From contig JBBQRQ010000101.1 in assembly GCA_038214755.1 (NCBI GenBank), forward strand, positions 1 to 18,525: a stretch of 18,525 nucleotides of DNA, written 5' to 3'. How positions within the stretch are numbered: position 1 is the stretch's first letter; every line of letters begins with the position of its first letter. The stretch is from Verrucomicrobiota bacterium (GTDB taxonomy: Bacteria; Verrucomicrobiota; Verrucomicrobiia; Limisphaerales; CANJXF01). Positions 16,889 through 18,525 of the stretch are shown here, piece by piece. Made by a program: the position numbers and the translations under genes. The notes under the pieces were generated by a model. It did no database searches and was not told the origin of the DNA. It saw only the letters and a program-made list of their open reading frames with translations.

Positions 16889-17051
16889 CGCCAGCATCGT
16901 AATCACGGATGGGAAGAGGCTCAAACGTAAAGCGACGCTGGGATAAAAATTAACGAGCCATGTCTAAGAGAAACATAGGCGGGAACAAAAATTTAGAATC
17001 GCAGGAAAATATAGAGATGCGAAGTTCAAGAAAGAATTTTGCCTATAGGAA

Positions 17052-17840
17052 CTATTGAGAATCGCTATCTAGCTGGATTTGCCCGCAACCTAACTTTGCT
17101 GCCCACTTCCTCACGACTTCTGCATTCTCATCAGTTAAATCACTGAGGTTTTTAATATGCACATGGAGAACAAGAGAAACAGACGCTGCTTTATCAGCGC
17201 TCAATTGGGGCGCGGGTAATGATGCAATAGATTTATCGAAGTGCTCTGATTCTGCTTGCTGGCCAGTAACAGTTTGGGCTTCATCGAGATTTCCTTTAGT
17301 GAGCAGTCCCCGCTCCGTTTCTACTACCAATTCTGTGTAAATGATGAAATCCATTAAGCGATCTAAAGCGTTGGAGTCCCCCTCGGTTGCCCCACATTTA
17401 ATTGCTAATGATCTTTTGAAGTCGTCTTTGGTGAGTGTGGATCGCAAAGACAAGGTTTGGGTAGCCACTTGGCCATACCAACATTGACTTACCAGCTTTC
17501 TTAAATGGGATTTAGCTTTCTCTTCATCCCAAGCAGCCTCCCGCGCATATCGAACGGCTTCCTCGCTTGGAAGGTAAAATCCGTACTTGGGAGAAGTGAT
17601 GATTCCTGACTCCGCTAAAAAACTGTTGTTGGAGTTAACAAATGCCGGACTCAATGTCGTGGCACTCGCCACATCTTTGTAGTTTGTTTGGGATTGGCCG
17701 CCTTGCGAGGCAACTACGTATCCTTTGATGATTTTGACGAGCGTTTCGACCCCAGATGCGGGGAGCGCCTTTTCGGCAGATAATCTTGCGACTTTTTGTT
17801 TTGGAGGTGCTTCCGATGCCAACTCTGTTGTGTTAGTCAT
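17052..17840 (-). CDS. Hypothetical protein (262 aa), possible tandem winged-helix domains
   Basis: GGAG RBS and ATG 17840, overlapping the upstream gene by 8 nt. HTH-like TNYKDVASATTLSPAFVNSNNSFLAESGII plus a wing; a second wHTH-like block ends LMDFIIYTELV. Confidence 0.75.
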   Translation of the reverse strand: MTNTTELASEAPPKQKVARLSAEKALPASGVETLVKIIKGYVVASQGGQSQTNYKDVASATTLSPAFVNSNNSFLAESGIITSPKYGFYLPSEEAVRYAREAAWDEEKAKSHLRKLVSQCWYGQVATQTLSLRSTLTKDDFKRSLAIKCGATEGDSNALDRLMDFIIYTELVVETERGLLTKGNLDEAQTVTGQQAESEHFDKSIASLPAPQLSADKAASVSLVLHVHIKNLSDLTDENAEVVRKWAAKLGCGQIQLDSDSQ

Positions 17841-18381
17841 TTTTTTCTCCAATGTTGAGTGCTATTCGATACAAGGATGGAATTTCAAAACTGTCAGAAC
17901 GATTAACAGCAAGGTTGTCTTTTACAGTGATTGCGCCAATGCGGACAAGTTCTGAAATAACCAACTGTGCATCCAGTGGATCTTTCTTTCCCAGTGCTTC
18001 GGACAACTGCTTGCGAGTAAACATGTGAGATTTGTGTCCTTTCAACTGCTTGAATGTTTCGCCGAAATTCTCAAAGACCTGTAAAAAATCACTCAACTTC
18101 GACGCCGCAGTTTGTTGTAGCGCTCCATCGACCGCTGCAGCCGAAACAAGTTTTCCAGCCCCGTCATTGATTCCTTGTTTGCTAAAGGTTTGTTGAAGTT
18201 TCTGCGCCTCAATGCAAAAGTTCACAAAGTCTCGCGGAAGGACATCTCCATTACCGTCCCTGAACATTTCATAAAGACTCTCAAAACCTTGCTGATATTG
18301 TTCTCCCCAATCGAAAACTTGATTCAGCCACATAAGTGCCAGCGGATATGTAATAGCTGCCTTATTTTCCGGGTGTAACAC
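17833..18381 (-). CDS. C-terminal part of a probable P-loop ATPase (Sll1717-like/STAND-like), 5'-incomplete
   Basis: RDGNGDVLPRDFV helical-lid motif, wHTH-like ISELVRIGAI, and terminal FEIPSLYRIAL. No Walker motifs are present in the window, so the call rests on C-terminal resemblance only. Confidence 0.5.
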   Translation of the reverse strand: MLHPENKAAITYPLALMWLNQVFDWGEQYQQGFESLYEMFRDGNGDVLPRDFVNFCIEAQKLQQTFSKQGINDGAGKLVSAAAVDGALQQTAASKLSDFLQVFENFGETFKQLKGHKSHMFTRKQLSEALGKKDPLDAQLVISELVRIGAITVKDNLAVNRSDSFEIPSLYRIALNIGEKND

Positions 18382-18525
18382 TGTACACGGAAAATTCTTC
18401 TGGCGGTATAAGCGGCTGATTGGAAGTCAGTTGATCGATCGTGCTGGACTTTGCCGTCAAAGTTTTTCACGCTGCGGTCATGGCAAAACATTCTTCGGCC
18501 CGTCACTCCGCGCGCTCCGTCTCTT

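Overview
Bacterial genomic DNA. Gene content (a DUF1549/DUF1553 cytochrome protein, DUF1501, Tat-exported Gfo/Idh/MocA) and the palindromic repeat types suggest the PVC superphylum, probably Verrucomicrobia; this is an inference. Intact features: tRNA-His(GTG), tRNA-Leu(TAA), DUF1501, DUF2264, a PSCyt/DUF1549/DUF1553 protein, a GIY-YIG nuclease, a Gfo/Idh/MocA oxidoreductase, DUF2905, an ABC exporter, an HD hydrolase and dinD. A 5'-incomplete acyl-CoA ligase sits at the left end and a lower-GC ATPase-like/unknown gene pair at the right end. Signals the ORF track does not show: (1) a GTAG-type REP palindrome read in frame inside the ABC transporter ATPase domain, with a perfect free copy 1.3 kb away; (2) three broken toxin genes (BrnT nonsense, DUF4258 frameshift, RelE fragment), two of them beside intact antitoxins; (3) a 204-bp MITE-like nest of inverted repeats and at least five distinct palindrome families; (4) a ribD gene cut off immediately before dinD. 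All family calls come from motif recognition by eye; no database search was run.
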